The notes under the pieces: generated by a model
Told to the model about the DNA's origin: nothing
Seen by the model: the letters and a program-made list of their open reading frames with translations, nothing else
Database searches by the model: none
DNA from: a virus
IMG/VR virus record: IMGVR_UViG_2718218475_000005
Location: 5,418 to 69,417 of that record
DNA: 64,000 bases
Direction: 5' to 3' (one strand)
Program-made: the position numbers and the translations under genes
Shown here: in pieces, positions 62,611-64,000 of the stretch
Numbering within the stretch: position 1 is the stretch's first letter
Layout of the letters: every line of letters begins with the position of its first letter

Positions 62611-63822
62611 ATGTCTACATTAGGTTTATTGTCATTTTTGGGAGGCATTATTTGTCTGTTCGGCTTTATATTTTCTAAAAAGAAACTATGGAGTCAGATA
62701 CTTGCCATCTTTGGTATTATTATAGTTCTGACATCTTTCCATGCACCAGCAGCTTTAATCATGGGAATACTTTTTATTCTATTAGGATTGTATGGCTCGG
62801 AGATAATTACTATCACTAACTTTAAATTTTTTAACAATAGCAAAAAGTCTAAAGTGATTTTAGCAATTTGTAGTATTTTCATTGTTATTCTCGTAGCGAT
62901 TTTTACATCTGACCCTACTTCTGAAACTTCAAGCAAAACAACTAGCACATCAGATAGCCAGAACACAAAAGTTTATAGCACTCAGGATTTGAAAGTTACT
63001 GTTTCAAAAGCAATTGTCCACAACACAGATTGGCTTATTAAGGGAAAAACAAAAGCCCCAAATAACTCAAAAATTGCAGCTGTCATAATAGATAATTCTA
63101 GTGATGCAATAACTGACATGCCGATTTCAACATCTGATGATATTAAGTGGGCTAAGGTCAAAGACGGTAATTTTTCAGCATATATTGAACCATTACAAGC
63201 CTTTAATGCAAGCAAACGACATGCAGGAGATACAGTAACTGTCTATATTGTTGCCCTAGAAAATTATGAAAAAAAAGACACGGATACTATCCCTGCCCAT
63301 GTACGTAAACAAATTAAGAAAACAAAACCATATACGTTAACCTTGACTAAGGCCCAAGCAGATTATCAGAATAGTCTGGATGACTCCAAAAAAGATTCTA
63401 AAAAAGCAAGTTCTTCAAGTTCCAAAGAGACTAGCTCATCATCTAATATTGATAAAAATGATGATTCTGAATCGTTATCTTCCAGCAACAGCTCAACTAG
63501 CTCCAGTAAAGTCAGCTCAGAGGATAAAGCTGCTTTAGAAAAAGCTCAGGATTATGCAACCGAAATGAACATGTCAAAACAAGGCGTATACGAACAGCTT
63601 ACTTCAGATTCCGGTGAAGGCTTTACTACGGAATCTGCTCAATATGCTATTAACCACTTAACTAATATTGATTGGAATGCTAACGCTCTAGCAAAAGCTA
63701 AAGATTACCAAAGTGAAATGTCCATGTCACGTAGTGCAATTCTTGACCAATTAACATCGTCAGCTGGTGAGCAATTTACTCAGTCTCAAGCACAATACGC
63801 TGTGGATCACTTACCAAAATAA
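62611..63822 (+). CDS. Membrane-anchored Ltp-family superinfection exclusion protein
   Basis: About four N-terminal TM segments, Ser-rich linker, two ALxKAxDY...MS...I(Y/L)xQLTS..GE.FT...AQYA Ltp repeats. Confidence 0.85.
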   Translation: MSTLGLLSFLGGIICLFGFIFSKKKLWSQILAIFGIIIVLTSFHAPAALIMGILFILLGLYGSEIITITNFKFFNNSKKSKVILAICSIFIVILVAIFTSDPTSETSSKTTSTSDSQNTKVYSTQDLKVTVSKAIVHNTDWLIKGKTKAPNNSKIAAVIIDNSSDAITDMPISTSDDIKWAKVKDGNFSAYIEPLQAFNASKRHAGDTVTVYIVALENYEKKDTDTIPAHVRKQIKKTKPYTLTLTKAQADYQNSLDDSKKDSKKASSSSSKETSSSSNIDKNDDSESLSSSNSSTSSSKVSSEDKAALEKAQDYATEMNMSKQGVYEQLTSDSGEGFTTESAQYAINHLTNIDWNANALAKAKDYQSEMSMSRSAILDQLTSSAGEQFTQSQAQYAVDHLPK

Positions 63823-63852
63823 TGTTCACAAGGCCCCTTACCGGGCTTTCAC

Positions 63853-63923
63853 GCGAGTGTAGTTTAGTGGTAAAACGACAGCCTTCCAAGCTGTAGTCGC
63901 GGGTCCGATTCCCGTCACTCGCT
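63853..63923 (+). tRNA. tRNA-Gly(TCC)
   Basis: gcgagtg/cactcgc acceptor, acagc-ctTCCaa-gctgt; variant T loop tccgatt. Confidence 0.9.
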
Positions 63924-63960
63924 TATACCCCATGGTGGGGTATATATTTTCAGTTCACAA

Positions 63961-63972
63961 GAACATACGTTT
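63961..63972 (+). promoter_or_regulatory. Putative LexA (SOS) box
   Basis: GAAC-ATAC-GTTT matches Firmicute GAAC-N4-GTTY, upstream of AGGAGG (63981) and ATG (63994). Confidence 0.6.
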
Positions 63973-64000
63973 GCAATCTTAGGAGGACTAATAATGAAAA

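Larger units (their letters stand above)
1..64000. mobile_element. Composite siphovirus prophage region (one early/lysogeny region, two late modules); runs off both window edges
   Basis: Continuous phage gene order; lysin truncated at base 1; lysogeny genes at the right end, integrase expected beyond 64000. Confidence 0.97.

Overview
The whole window is temperate siphophage DNA. The gene content resembles Lactiplantibacillus plantarum-group prophages (inference). Reading the minus strand from right to left: (1) a lysogeny module (tRNA-Gly, Ltp-family superinfection exclusion protein, ImmA protease, XRE repressor, Cro); (2) an early/replication module (Gam-like, SSAP-like, DnaD initiator with iterons, RusA, YopX, ArpU); (3) a ~900-bp non-coding array of three tRNAs, two aberrant tRNA-like RNAs and several closed hairpin RNAs; (4) a complete late module B (terS-terL-portal-short MuF-capsid-tail-baseplate-lysin-holins, ~49.0-26.3 kb); (5) a ~2-kb AT-rich junction carrying mazEF; (6) a second complete but different late module A (terS-terL-portal-Prp-MuF toxin/immunity-capsid-tail-fibre-lysin, 24.2 kb to beyond base 1). 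Module A has no integrase, repressor, replication or ArpU gene in front of it, so two apparently intact virion/lysis operons sit behind one early region. Two pairs of direct repeats (lysin 5' ends; a 52-bp box plus the terS 5' ends) could resolve the element into either a B-virion or an A-virion phage, and both products would lose mazEF. No att cores, integrase, CRISPR array or IS were identified. Family names come from motif recognition, not database searches.
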